The position numbers and the translations under genes were made by a program. Below the pieces are notes generated by a model. The model did no database searches. It was given only the letters and a program-made list of their open reading frames with translations, and was not told where the DNA came from. This document shows positions 55,132 to 64,000 of a stretch of 64,000 nucleotides of DNA, one piece after another. The stretch is taken from NCBI GenBank assembly GCA_016191165.1, contig JACPPF010000050.1:2088-66087 (forward strand), written 5' to 3'. Source of the stretch: Planctomycetota bacterium. Lineage in GTDB: Bacteria > Planctomycetota > Planctomycetia > Gemmatales > Gemmataceae. Positions within the stretch are counted from its first letter, which is position 1, and every line of letters begins with the position of its first letter.

Positions 55132-56160
55132 ATGAAACATTTCATACAGCCCGCCACGATTTTCGGTTTTTGGTGGGCACTCTTGAACGTCGCAAACGCC
55201 CAGCCCGCGCCCAAATACCCCGCCATCGATCCCGTCACACACAAATCCTACACCGAAACCATCGAGCGCGACGGCATCAAAGCATCGTTCGAGATGATCG
55301 CCATCCCCGGCGGCACGTTTCTCATGGGCAGCCCCGCGTCCGAGAAAGGGCGCAAGGACGATGAAGGGCCACTGCATCCCGTTGCCATCAGGCCCCTTTG
55401 GGTCGGTAAGTGCGAGGTCACCTGGGGCGAATACGATCTCTTTTGGCAAAAGAAGCCCGACGAGAAGAAGCCGACCAGGCCGCTCGACATCAAGGCCGAC
55501 GCGATCACCCGGCCATCCAAGGCGAATCATCACGACATCGACTGGGGCTATGGCCGAACCAAGAAGCAACCGGTGCTGGCGATCCACCATCATGCAGCGA
55601 TGGAGTATTGCCGCTGGCTGTCGGCCAAAACGGGCAAGCTCTATCGCCTGCCGACCGAGGCGGAATGGGAATGGGCCTGCCGCGCGGGCACGACGACCGC
55701 GTACAGCTTCGGTGACGATCCGAAAAAGTTAGGCGACTACGGCTGGTTCGAGGACAACGCCAAGGAGATGCCGCACCCGGTCGGATTGAAGAAGCCGAAC
55801 GCATGGGGCCTGCACGACATGCACGGCAATCTTGCGGAGTGGTGCCTGGACGCCCATGACGCCAAGTTCTACGCTTCGTTGCCGCTCAACAAACCGACCC
55901 TGATGCCCGTGAAGCTGCCGACAAATCGGCGCTTCGGCCATATCGCACGGGGTGGAAGTTGGTTGTACAAGGCCGAGCGCTGCCGCAGCGCCATTCGCCA
56001 ATATTCGGTGGTCGATTGGCAGGCGGTCGATCCGCAGTTGCCGCAGAGCATCTGGTGGAACAACGCCGACTGGGTCGGCTTCCGCATCGTTCGGGCGGTG
56101 GAGGAGCATGAATCGCTCAAGGGTTTGAAGTCGACGATCACGAAGAAGAGTCCGAATTAG
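55132..56160 (+). CDS. formylglycine-generating-enzyme (SUMF1/FGE-sulfatase) domain protein
   Basis: YRLPTEAEWEWACRAGTTT, WGLHDMHGNLAEWC, RGGSW. Confidence 0.9.
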   Translation: MKHFIQPATIFGFWWALLNVANAQPAPKYPAIDPVTHKSYTETIERDGIKASFEMIAIPGGTFLMGSPASEKGRKDDEGPLHPVAIRPLWVGKCEVTWGEYDLFWQKKPDEKKPTRPLDIKADAITRPSKANHHDIDWGYGRTKKQPVLAIHHHAAMEYCRWLSAKTGKLYRLPTEAEWEWACRAGTTTAYSFGDDPKKLGDYGWFEDNAKEMPHPVGLKKPNAWGLHDMHGNLAEWCLDAHDAKFYASLPLNKPTLMPVKLPTNRRFGHIARGGSWLYKAERCRSAIRQYSVVDWQAVDPQLPQSIWWNNADWVGFRIVRAVEEHESLKGLKSTITKKSPN

Positions 56161-56177
56161 CCGGTATTGCGTTAACC

Positions 56178-56213
56178 GTTTAGCGCCCGCGCGGCGCCGT
56201 GCGGGCGCTAAAC
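56178..56213. repeat. family B palindrome (perfect 13-bp stem)
   Basis: GTTTAGCGCCCGC-GCGGCGCCGT-GCGGGCGCTAAAC, downstream of the FGE-like gene. Confidence 0.9.
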
Positions 56214-56245
56214 GGCAAGCCGGTTCGACAAATTTCCTTGCGTCG

Positions 56246-56755
56246 ATGCACCACTTCGTTTACATTTTCCCCATGATTCCACTCGCCAATTTCCATCGCG
56301 CGGTGCAGACGACGCTGGCCAGCAAACGGCTCGGTACGCCGGTGTTTGTGCGTTACCAGTATCACGCCATCCTCAAGGGTGCGGCCATCGTCGCGCGCCT
56401 GGCGAAGACAACGGCCGTCGCGCGCGATTGGCTCGGCCAACCGCTGGAGCGCGTGCTCGCTCAGGGCAGCGCCGCCCGTCGGCACATTTCTCTGCTGCTT
56501 GAATTCCGCGGCGGCGTCACCGCGGTCGTCACCTGGATCGGCACCACCGGACGTGGCGACGGCGTGGATCTCACCCTGATCGGAAACCACGGCGTCATCT
56601 ACCACGACGCTGGCGACTCCACGCTCTGGGATGAAGCCTTCACCAGCGACGACGCACCCCCCGAACGCGATCTGGTCACGCTGATAGAACGAGCCATCAA
56701 GAGTGGCCGCCCGGAACCCCTCGCCCCGGCTCCCAGACAGGGAGGCCAGCGATGA
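56246..56755 (+). CDS. hypothetical protein resembling a stand-alone Gfo/Idh/MocA C-terminal domain
   Basis: The FHRAVQTTLASKRLGTPVFVRY pattern. ATGA overlap with the next gene. Confidence 0.45.
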   Translation: MHHFVYIFPMIPLANFHRAVQTTLASKRLGTPVFVRYQYHAILKGAAIVARLAKTTAVARDWLGQPLERVLAQGSAARRHISLLLEFRGGVTAVVTWIGTTGRGDGVDLTLIGNHGVIYHDAGDSTLWDEAFTSDDAPPERDLVTLIERAIKSGRPEPLAPAPRQGGQR

Positions 56756-57897
56756 ACGTTCGCTACGGCATCCTCTGTGTCACCGGCAGCCACACGCACC
56801 AGGAAGGCTACGCAACCGCCTTCGCTGCCGACAAGCGCTGTCGGCTCATCGCCCTGACCGACGAGGCCAAGGTCGATCGCCGCCGCCGCGACCTCAACGA
56901 ACGGCTCGCCAGGCGTTTGAACATTCCGTACATCCCCGATCTCGACAAGGCGCTCGGCAACAAGAACGTCAACGTCGTGTGCAGTTGCGCGCCACCGGAA
57001 CGCCGTGGCCGCATCGCGGTGCGCTGCGCCCAGGCACGCAAACATTTGTATCTCGACAAATCCCTCGTGCCGCAGCTGCGTGAAGCCGACGATCTGGTCG
57101 CCGCCGTGCAAAAAGGGCGAGTGAAAAGCCACATGTTCTCGTTCATCAGCCAGCCGTGGGCGCGCGAGGCGAAGCGGTTGCTCGAAGCGAAACGCCTTGG
57201 CACGCTGCTCGCGATTCATGCGGATACGTTTTTCTCCAAGGGGCGCAACGGCACGGCGAAGCTCGGCACGCGCCGCCGCGAGGAATTTCCGCCGCAGCGC
57301 CATCAACTGATTGAAGCGAAGCGCGAGATGGACAACTGCGGCGTCTACCCGATCACACTCATCCGCTGGCTCACCGGCCGGCGCTGGCGCACCGTCTATT
57401 GCGTCACCGGGAATTATTTCTTCCAGGAGCATCAGAAACACAACGTCGAGGACTTCGGCATCATCATGGCGACGATGGACGACGGCCTGAGCGTGACCAT
57501 CGGTTCGGGCCGCTACGGCTGGACCTCGCATCCGGCGGGCGGAACCAATCGCGTCGTCCTGGTCGGCAGCGCGCAAACACTCGTCATCGACGCCAATCGC
57601 CCACGGCTCGAAGTCTACACCGACGAAACGCCCTGGACGCCGCCCAATACGCACAAGGAAGACCCGATGGGCTTTTGGCAAAGCACGATGCAGGAAGTGC
57701 ACCTGCGGCGCAAGCCGACCTGGTCGATCTTTGGCGGCGCCGCCCAGACCGATGCCGCCTACTTTCTGGATCGCCTCGACGCCAACCGCGATAGCGAGAT
57801 CAACGTCGCCGAAGCCGCGCTGAGCACGGAGGTGCTGGTCGCGGCGTATCGCTCGGCGTCGCGCCGCGAAGTGGTGACGTTGCCGCTGGCAAGGTGA
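56752..57897 (+). CDS. Gfo/Idh/MocA-family oxidoreductase
   Basis: N-terminal Rossmann-like YGILCVTGSHTH...LIALTDE, a central EKP-like LYLDKSL block, and family-typical length. Confidence 0.7.
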   Translation: MNVRYGILCVTGSHTHQEGYATAFAADKRCRLIALTDEAKVDRRRRDLNERLARRLNIPYIPDLDKALGNKNVNVVCSCAPPERRGRIAVRCAQARKHLYLDKSLVPQLREADDLVAAVQKGRVKSHMFSFISQPWAREAKRLLEAKRLGTLLAIHADTFFSKGRNGTAKLGTRRREEFPPQRHQLIEAKREMDNCGVYPITLIRWLTGRRWRTVYCVTGNYFFQEHQKHNVEDFGIIMATMDDGLSVTIGSGRYGWTSHPAGGTNRVVLVGSAQTLVIDANRPRLEVYTDETPWTPPNTHKEDPMGFWQSTMQEVHLRRKPTWSIFGGAAQTDAAYFLDRLDANRDSEINVAEAALSTEVLVAAYRSASRREVVTLPLAR

Positions 57898-57908
57898 TGC
57901 TGTTGTCG

Positions 57909-57982
57909 GGTGCGTCAAGCGCAGCGCAGACGCACCGCTCGCTTGCAGGGATGTGGTGCGTCCGCGCTGCGCTTGACGCACC
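57909..57982. repeat. nested palindrome: 19-bp arms GGTGCGTCAAGCGCAGCGC / GCGCTGCGCTTGACGCACC with an inner GACGCACC..GGTGCGTC pair
   Basis: Read directly. Lies between the oxidoreductase and ggt genes. Confidence 0.9.
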
Positions 57983-58013
57983 CTTCGGTTCCTTTTGATT
58001 GAGGTTTGGGACG

Positions 58014-59675
58014 ATGCGAAAGCCGCTGTTCATTCTGATCGCCATCGGGGTCCTTGCCATGCCCACACTCGGCCAGGTGACGAAAGCCAAACCAAAATCG
58101 CCCGGCCTCTCCTGGCAGGCGGAAGGCAAGAACGGCGCCGTTTGCGGCGGGGGCGAGGAAGCGGTCGCGGCGGGACTGGCGGTGCTCAAGAAAGGTGGCA
58201 ACGCCGCGGATGCTGCCGTCACGTCGCTCTTCGCCCTTTCCGTTACCGATAGCAAACGCTACTGCTTCGGCGGCGAAGTCCCCATCATGGTCTATGACGC
58301 CAAGCGCAACGTCGTCGAACTCATCTGCGGCCTGGGGGTCGCACCGAAACTGGCGACGCGTGAATTCTTCACCAAACGCAAGGACGGCATCCCGGAGAAA
58401 GGCGTTGAATCCGCCGCCGTCCCCGGCATGGTCGATGGCGCGCTCACCGCGCTGGACCGCTTCGGCACGATCACGTTCGCCCAGGCCGTTCAGCCAACGC
58501 TCGATTTGCTCGACCAGCCCAAGGCGCCCTGGCACGCGAACCTCGCACGTACCATTCGCCGGATGATCGATGCCGAAAAGCAATCGCCGCACGACCGCAA
58601 GCGCGGCCTGCGTCTCGTCGCCGATGAATTCTACCGGGGGCAGACCGCGCGCGAAATCGACGCCTGGTCCCGTGCCAACAACGGCCTGCTCCGCTACACC
58701 GATCTCGCGACACACGTCACGCGCATCGAAGACCCGCTTGCGGTGGATTATCGCGGCTACACCGTCTACAAGTGCGGCGAGTGGAATCAGGGGCCCTATC
58801 TCTTGCAAACGCTGCGATTGCTTGAGGGATACGACCTGAAGAAGATGGGCCACAACCAACCGGACACGATTCATGTGATCACCGAAGCGATGAAACTGGC
58901 GCTGGCGGATCGTGATGTCTACTATGCCGACCCGCTGTTCGTTGATGTGCCGACCGAGGCGCTGCTCTCCAAGAAATACGCGGACTTGCGTCGCCCGCTG
59001 ATCGACATGAAGTCGGCCTCGCTCGTGCGTCGGCCCGGCGACCCGCGTTTGATGACGGCGCTGCTCAAGAACCCGCCGCGTGAAGGCGGGGCCGGCAGCC
59101 CGGACATGGATACGACGACGTGTGTTGCCGCCGACAAGTTCGGCAACGTCGTCGCCGCCACGCCAAGCGGATTCAACGGCGTCGTCGCCGGCAAGACGGG
59201 CATTCAACTTGGCACGCGGCTCGTCAGCCTCAACATCTGGCCCGGGCATCCCAACTGCATCGAACCAGGCAAGCGCCCGCGCATCACGTTGACGCCGGGC
59301 ATCGTGTTCAAGGCCGGCAAACCCGTGATGGCGATCAGCATCGCGGGCGGTGATTTGCAAGATCAGACCGGCTTGCAGGTGATGCTCAACGTGCTTGACT
59401 TCGGCATGACGCCCGCCGAGGCCGTCACGGCGCCGCGCTTTGCGACCAACCATCACCTGGGCTCGTTCCGCCAGAAGGCGCCGGAACTGGGCAGCCTGAT
59501 TGTGTACCCGGAATTTTCCAACGACACGATCGCGGACCTGGCGCGGCGCGGACACAAGATCACCGCCACAAAAAAGCATCTGGCGGAGCCGAGCGTGATC
59601 GTGATCGACCGTAGGACGGGCCTGTTGCGCGCCGCCGGCGACCCCCGCGCCAAACGTCACGCGGGGGCGTATTGA
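58014..59675 (+). CDS. ggt: gamma-glutamyltransferase
   Basis: Signal peptide. Autoprocessing-site context DTTTCVAAD. C-terminal small-subunit blocks (GGDLQDQ). Confidence 0.85.
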   Translation: MRKPLFILIAIGVLAMPTLGQVTKAKPKSPGLSWQAEGKNGAVCGGGEEAVAAGLAVLKKGGNAADAAVTSLFALSVTDSKRYCFGGEVPIMVYDAKRNVVELICGLGVAPKLATREFFTKRKDGIPEKGVESAAVPGMVDGALTALDRFGTITFAQAVQPTLDLLDQPKAPWHANLARTIRRMIDAEKQSPHDRKRGLRLVADEFYRGQTAREIDAWSRANNGLLRYTDLATHVTRIEDPLAVDYRGYTVYKCGEWNQGPYLLQTLRLLEGYDLKKMGHNQPDTIHVITEAMKLALADRDVYYADPLFVDVPTEALLSKKYADLRRPLIDMKSASLVRRPGDPRLMTALLKNPPREGGAGSPDMDTTTCVAADKFGNVVAATPSGFNGVVAGKTGIQLGTRLVSLNIWPGHPNCIEPGKRPRITLTPGIVFKAGKPVMAISIAGGDLQDQTGLQVMLNVLDFGMTPAEAVTAPRFATNHHLGSFRQKAPELGSLIVYPEFSNDTIADLARRGHKITATKKHLAEPSVIVIDRRTGLLRAAGDPRAKRHAGAY

Positions 59676-59700
59676 TTCTCCGTTTCTCCGTTTCTCCGTT
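59676..59700. repeat. octamer tandem repeat (TTCTCCGT)x3
   Basis: Begins 1 nt after the ggt stop and abuts the family B palindrome. Confidence 0.85.
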
Positions 59701-59733
59701 TAGCGCCCGCGCGGCGCCATGTGGGCGTTAAAC
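59698..59733. repeat. family B palindrome with two G:C to G:T changes
   Basis: Same left arm as the 56178 copy. The right arm GTGGGCGTTAAAC keeps pairing only as G:U wobble in a plus-strand RNA. Confidence 0.85.
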
Positions 59734-59769
59734 GAATGAACCGATAACCCCGCCGCAAGGTTTTCTCCC

Positions 59770-60729
59770 ATGACTTCACCCATGACACGCCGCACTTTCA
59801 TCGCCGCTGGGGCGGCCGGACTCGCGCTTGCAAGTGCGCCGGCCACCGACGCTGCTGCCGTGGCTCAACCCGCGCAGCCGCGTGGCAAACCGACGCGGTT
59901 TCAGATCGCGTGCATGACGCTGCCGTATTCGCAGTTCACGCTCACGCGCGCATTGCAAGGCTTGCGCAACGCGGGATATGCTCACGTCGCCTGGGGCACC
60001 ACGCACATGGAAGGCGGCAAGCGCGTGCCGGTGATCGCTCAAGACGCGCCGGTCGGGCGGGCCAAGGACCTGTCGAGCCGTTGCCGCGATATGGGATTGG
60101 AACCCGTGATGATGTTTTCCGGCATCTATCCCGAGGCGAAAAACGGTTTCGAGGTGTTGCGCCATCGCCTCTTGCAAGCCGCGGCCGGTAGAGTGCCGCA
60201 GGTCTTGACGTTCGGCCACACGCGCGGCGGCAACGCGAAGGTGTGGATCGAACGCTTCAAGCGCCTGGCGCCGATTTGCCGGGACAACAACGTGACGCTC
60301 GTCGTCAAGCAACACGGCGGCGAGACGGGCACCGGCGCCGCCTGCGCTCGCATCACCCGCGAGGTCAATCACCCGCACATCAAGGTCAACTATGACGCCG
60401 GCAACGTCCTCGACTACCTCAACGGCAAGGTCAATCCCCTGACCGATCTCAATGCGTGCGCGAGTGAGGTGCGCAGCTTCTGCATCAAGGACCATCGCTT
60501 CTTTCCCGAATCGCAAGACTGTGGTCCCGGCTTCGGCGAGGTCGATCACTACCGCCTGTTAAACTTGGTCGCGTTCACCGGCCTGACGATCTCACTATCA
60601 TCCGAGAACATCTTCGCCCCATCGGTCCCACGTCCGGCCAAACCCGAAGGTGTCGATGCGCTGGCAAGGCGTGCCAGGGAATATCTGGAACTGGTGATTC
60701 AGGCCCTGCACCGGCCGGCCAAGGGCTAA
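59770..60729 (+). CDS. sugar-phosphate isomerase/epimerase (xylose-isomerase-like TIM barrel) with Tat signal
   Basis: TRRTFIAAGAAGLALA signal. AP_endonuc_2-type pattern (VNYDAGNV, CIKDH). Confidence 0.8.
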   Translation: MTSPMTRRTFIAAGAAGLALASAPATDAAAVAQPAQPRGKPTRFQIACMTLPYSQFTLTRALQGLRNAGYAHVAWGTTHMEGGKRVPVIAQDAPVGRAKDLSSRCRDMGLEPVMMFSGIYPEAKNGFEVLRHRLLQAAAGRVPQVLTFGHTRGGNAKVWIERFKRLAPICRDNNVTLVVKQHGGETGTGAACARITREVNHPHIKVNYDAGNVLDYLNGKVNPLTDLNACASEVRSFCIKDHRFFPESQDCGPGFGEVDHYRLLNLVAFTGLTISLSSENIFAPSVPRPAKPEGVDALARRAREYLELVIQALHRPAKG

Positions 60730-60812
60730 CCCGAAATGCGCCACCGGAGAAAACGCCCCGGCTAGAACGTCATCAAAGAAAGAGCCGGGCCTTTCTCGGT
60801 GCACTCTTCATC

Positions 60813-60891
60813 GTAGACATCACGCTCCGCGTGATGCCAGTTCGTCACGCTCCCCGTGATGCCATTTCATCACGCGGAGCGTGATGTCTAC
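60813..60891. repeat. family C triple-hairpin element (GTAGACATCACGCTCCGCGTGATG ... CATCACGCGGAGCGTGATGTCTAC)
   Basis: Outer arms are perfectly complementary. A third ATCACGC..GCGTGAT-like hairpin lies in the middle. Confidence 0.9.
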
Positions 60892-60937
60892 GTTCCGGTC
60901 GACCGGACCTTTTCATTCAGCAGCGGGTTGGGCGGCA

Positions 60938-63829
60938 TCACGCCGCGTCGCGCACTTGCATCGACAGGGTTGCCATGGCGTTGTCAGGTTTTTCGCGGCG
61001 GCCAAGCACGTAAAGAAGGGCGGGCAAGAACACCAGGGCGGTCGCCATGCAGCAGGTCACGCCGAGCGTGAGAATCAGGCCCAGACTTGCCATGCCGCGA
61101 TGGGTCGCCAGCATCAAGGTCCCGAACCCGAGGATCGTCGTGAGGGCGGCGACCATGATGCCCCGGCCCGTGGCATGGCTGAGTCGATAGCGCCGGGTGC
61201 GATCGCGACTGCGAAAATCGTGCAAGACATGCACCCCGTTGTCGGCGCCGACGCCCAGGATCAGCGGAAACGCGATCATGTTCGCCGGGTTTAGCGGCAC
61301 ATGGAATAAGGCCATGAAGCCGAGCGCCGCGGTCATCCCCATCGCCAGGGGCAACAGCGCGACCAGCGTGTGCTTGAGCCGACCAAAGTCCAGAAGCAAC
61401 ACGAGCACCATCGCGATCAGGGCATAAAAGCCCGCCCAGAGGAATCCGCTCTGCATCGCCTTGAGGCCTTCCAGCGTGGTGAAGGGCTTGCCCGTCGCCT
61501 CGGGATCAACGGTGCGCACCTGCTGGATGAAGCGCGCCAGGGGCTCAAAATTCCACAGGCAATCCTTGCTGAAAACGCGCAGCAACCATTTGCCATTCTT
61601 CCCGATGTAACGCTCGCGCACACAGGCGGGTAAATCGCTAAGTTGAATGGGCGTGGGCGCCGAGACCTCGCGCAGCCGATGCAAATCGTCGGCCAGGTCG
61701 CGCGCGATTTGTTCGTCGAATTCCCGCAAGTGTTGCTTGAGCGACCCGGCCGGGACGTGGTGGCTTGCCTGAACGATCGATCCCGGAACGGCGGGAACCG
61801 CATTCTCCCGCTTTCGGCGTTCGCGAATTGTGTTGACCAGGCTTGTGATTCCGGCCTGCAAACAGGCGAGCGAGTCATTCGGCTTTTCCTTTTGCAGGCG
61901 CGTCAGGGTCTTGATGACGCGCGTGCCCGTCTGGTCGATGTCATCGAGATTGGCGGGGGCGTGCCTGAGAATCTCGCCACGCCTGGGCAAGTTGCGCAAG
62001 CGCTGCTGAAGATCGCGCAGCATCTCGAGCTTGCGATCCTGGTCAGTCGGAATCATCGACGCAACGGTGATGACCTGGCTTACCTCGGGCAACTTCTCGT
62101 ATTTGGCCTTGAGCGCGAGAGCCTCCTCCGGCGTCGTGGTCCAGCTGACCGCGTACCAGCTGGAACCGGTCATGTGTTCGATCAATTTTTTTTCCCACTT
62201 CACCGATTCGAGGCCGGGCGCTTGCATGTTAAGCAGATTGTGATCGTAGTCGATGCCCACCGCGAAGCCGAGCAGCACCAGGGTGGTCAGCGTGCTGAAC
62301 GCGAGCACCCAGCGTGGCTTCCACATGAGCCAGGAGAGCCATTCCCGGTTGGCCTCGCGGTGTTCCCGCATCGAAAGGATCATCGGGTTGGCTTTCCTGG
62401 CCGAGGCCATGCGAAAATCGAGGATCGTCAACAGCGCCGGCACGACGATGAAGCAAGAAAGCGCGCACATCAAGACGCCGCAGCCGGCAATCCAGCCAAG
62501 TTCGGACACGGCCTTGAGGTCGGCGAGCATCGCGGCGAAGAACGAGGCGGCCGTCGTCACCGCGGCGGTGAAGATACTCGGACCCACATGCAGGGCGGTT
62601 TGCCGGTTGGCCTGTGCGATGTCCAGACCGGCCTGGCGCTCCTGGCCGAACCGCGTCACCCATAGCACGCCGTAATCCCCCATGCCAATCAGCATCACCG
62701 CGAACGCCGATGAGAGTATGTTGAGATGGCCCACGGTCAGCGTCAGCCACCCGAGCGCCCAGACCGTCCCGACCATCAGCCCGGCAACGGTCATGAACGG
62801 ATAGCGCACGCCGCGATAGACGACGAGGTAGAGCAGCGCGACGCCGATCAGTGCAAGCCAGGCTGCAAAATTGCTGTCATCGCGAGAGGCGACCATCTCG
62901 TCATTTTCGAGCACCGGCAGTCCGGTCAGGCCGATCTCGACCTGCGCGTGCCGCGCCTGCACTCGCGCGACGATGGCGCGCAGCGCGGCGATGCTTTTTT
63001 CGGAATAGTTGAATTCCTCGCTTTGCTCGTCCTTCATCGGGCTGACCATCAAGAACGCCAGCTTGCCGTCGGTGGAAAAGAAATATCGCGGCTTCGCCAG
63101 TTGTTCCTCCTGGTTGCTTCCTGCGCCTTTCGGTTCGGACGGCGCGGGAAGCGAGCTTTGCCAGGGATTGCGGTATCGGCTCGGTGACTCCAGGTAATCG
63201 CTCGCGGCGACGCAGATCGGCGCAAGCTGCGTGAAAAACTTCTGGGCCTCCGTGTTGGCTTGATCGGTCTTCCAGGCCGATAGCCGGCGTTCACTCTCAC
63301 GCAGAAGTTGCTGCACGCTCAGCGAACGCCAGCCAAACCACGGATCGAGCGTGCCAAGCACAGGGGGCTCCAGAAGCAACGACATGCCTTGAATGTGGCC
63401 CTGAATCTGGCGAATCTGGTCGGTCGGCAAGAACAACAACGCGCGCGAATGCAGCGCCCGTAGGTCCACCTTGTAAAACAAGCGCTCGAAAGATTCCGGC
63501 TGTTGTTGAATCTCGCCCGCGATCTCCTCGAGCGTGTTCTCCATCACCGTGCGGTCATTTCCCTGGACGACGACGATCATGTCGTCGTCATCGCCGAATT
63601 CCTCCAGGTATTGGTGCCAGCGCTTGAGGTAGTCCTTTTTACTGCTGATGAGATCATTGCGATGGGTGAGGTAGGCAAGGTTGTTCCAGGTATACTGGCC
63701 ACAGATCACGCAGGATAACAAAGTGAGGCCAAGTGCGATCCAGGGGTGGGCGCAAACCAGGCAAACTGCCCCTGCCAAGGAACGCGACAACAAACCCGGT
63801 TCGTCACGGGGTTCCGTTTCCAGATCCAT
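60938..63829 (-). CDS. MMPL/RND-superfamily exporter (HpnN-like architecture)
   Basis: Two blocks of 5-6 TM helices separated by large loops. MMPL-type blocks (ILGVGADNGVH, MLIGMGDYGV). The ORF opens at 63961. Confidence 0.8.
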   Translation of the reverse strand: MDLETEPRDEPGLLSRSLAGAVCLVCAHPWIALGLTLLSCVICGQYTWNNLAYLTHRNDLISSKKDYLKRWHQYLEEFGDDDDMIVVVQGNDRTVMENTLEEIAGEIQQQPESFERLFYKVDLRALHSRALLFLPTDQIRQIQGHIQGMSLLLEPPVLGTLDPWFGWRSLSVQQLLRESERRLSAWKTDQANTEAQKFFTQLAPICVAASDYLESPSRYRNPWQSSLPAPSEPKGAGSNQEEQLAKPRYFFSTDGKLAFLMVSPMKDEQSEEFNYSEKSIAALRAIVARVQARHAQVEIGLTGLPVLENDEMVASRDDSNFAAWLALIGVALLYLVVYRGVRYPFMTVAGLMVGTVWALGWLTLTVGHLNILSSAFAVMLIGMGDYGVLWVTRFGQERQAGLDIAQANRQTALHVGPSIFTAAVTTAASFFAAMLADLKAVSELGWIAGCGVLMCALSCFIVVPALLTILDFRMASARKANPMILSMREHREANREWLSWLMWKPRWVLAFSTLTTLVLLGFAVGIDYDHNLLNMQAPGLESVKWEKKLIEHMTGSSWYAVSWTTTPEEALALKAKYEKLPEVSQVITVASMIPTDQDRKLEMLRDLQQRLRNLPRRGEILRHAPANLDDIDQTGTRVIKTLTRLQKEKPNDSLACLQAGITSLVNTIRERRKRENAVPAVPGSIVQASHHVPAGSLKQHLREFDEQIARDLADDLHRLREVSAPTPIQLSDLPACVRERYIGKNGKWLLRVFSKDCLWNFEPLARFIQQVRTVDPEATGKPFTTLEGLKAMQSGFLWAGFYALIAMVLVLLLDFGRLKHTLVALLPLAMGMTAALGFMALFHVPLNPANMIAFPLILGVGADNGVHVLHDFRSRDRTRRYRLSHATGRGIMVAALTTILGFGTLMLATHRGMASLGLILTLGVTCCMATALVFLPALLYVLGRREKPDNAMATLSMQVRDAA

Positions 63830-64000
63830 GAAATCGCCTCGCCGTATACGAGATAAAACGCGGCGGGAGTTTAGACAGGTTGCCTGGAAAAAACAAGGCG
63901 GGTCTCTCGGACGGTGGATCCCAGCTGCCCATGCCCGTGGCCAAAACGCGAAATTCCGCAATTTTAATGACCGTTCGGCGAATAATGTAATGGAAGGGCT

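Overview
High-GC (about 60-65%) bacterial chromosome segment. I infer Planctomycetota from one PSCyt/DUF1549/DUF1553 + DUF1501 gene pair, three further DUF1501 genes, a TIGR03067-like protein and many Ser/Thr-kinase, FHA and ECF-sigma genes. I support about 58 protein-coding features and found no rRNA, tRNA, CRISPR array, transposase or integrase. Housekeeping genes include a PFOR split into two ORFs, lipB-lipA, tmk, holB, greA, purB-like, cysK, ggt, ApbE and an MMPL/RND exporter. Three lower-GC islets interrupt them: a DUF3800 pair (2.4-3.5 kb), a decayed restriction-modification locus (43.0-46.1 kb) and a region of hypothetical genes (50.1-51.5 kb). The observations I rate highest are: (1) an ATP-cone protein at the window centre that looks like a class III ribonucleotide reductase without its glycyl-radical/Zn-ribbon end, divergent from a long co-directional signalling array (pseudo-HK, hybrid HK, coiled-coil protein, FHA, STK, ECF sigma/anti-sigma). 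(2) A lipoate operon whose LipB-like protein appears to lack the Cys/Lys dyad and which ends in a lipoyl-like domain lacking the acceptor Lys. (3) An argininosuccinate-synthase-like protein with an eroded PP-loop. (4) A type II R-M cassette (MTase with an in-frame TGA, REase with a frameshift) lying between two fragments of a type ISP-like R-M gene. (5) At least eight families of short palindromic or heptamer repeats, some inserted in frame inside coding sequences, with compensatory stem substitutions between copies. All functional calls rest on motifs read from the translations and on my recall of family signatures. No database search was run.
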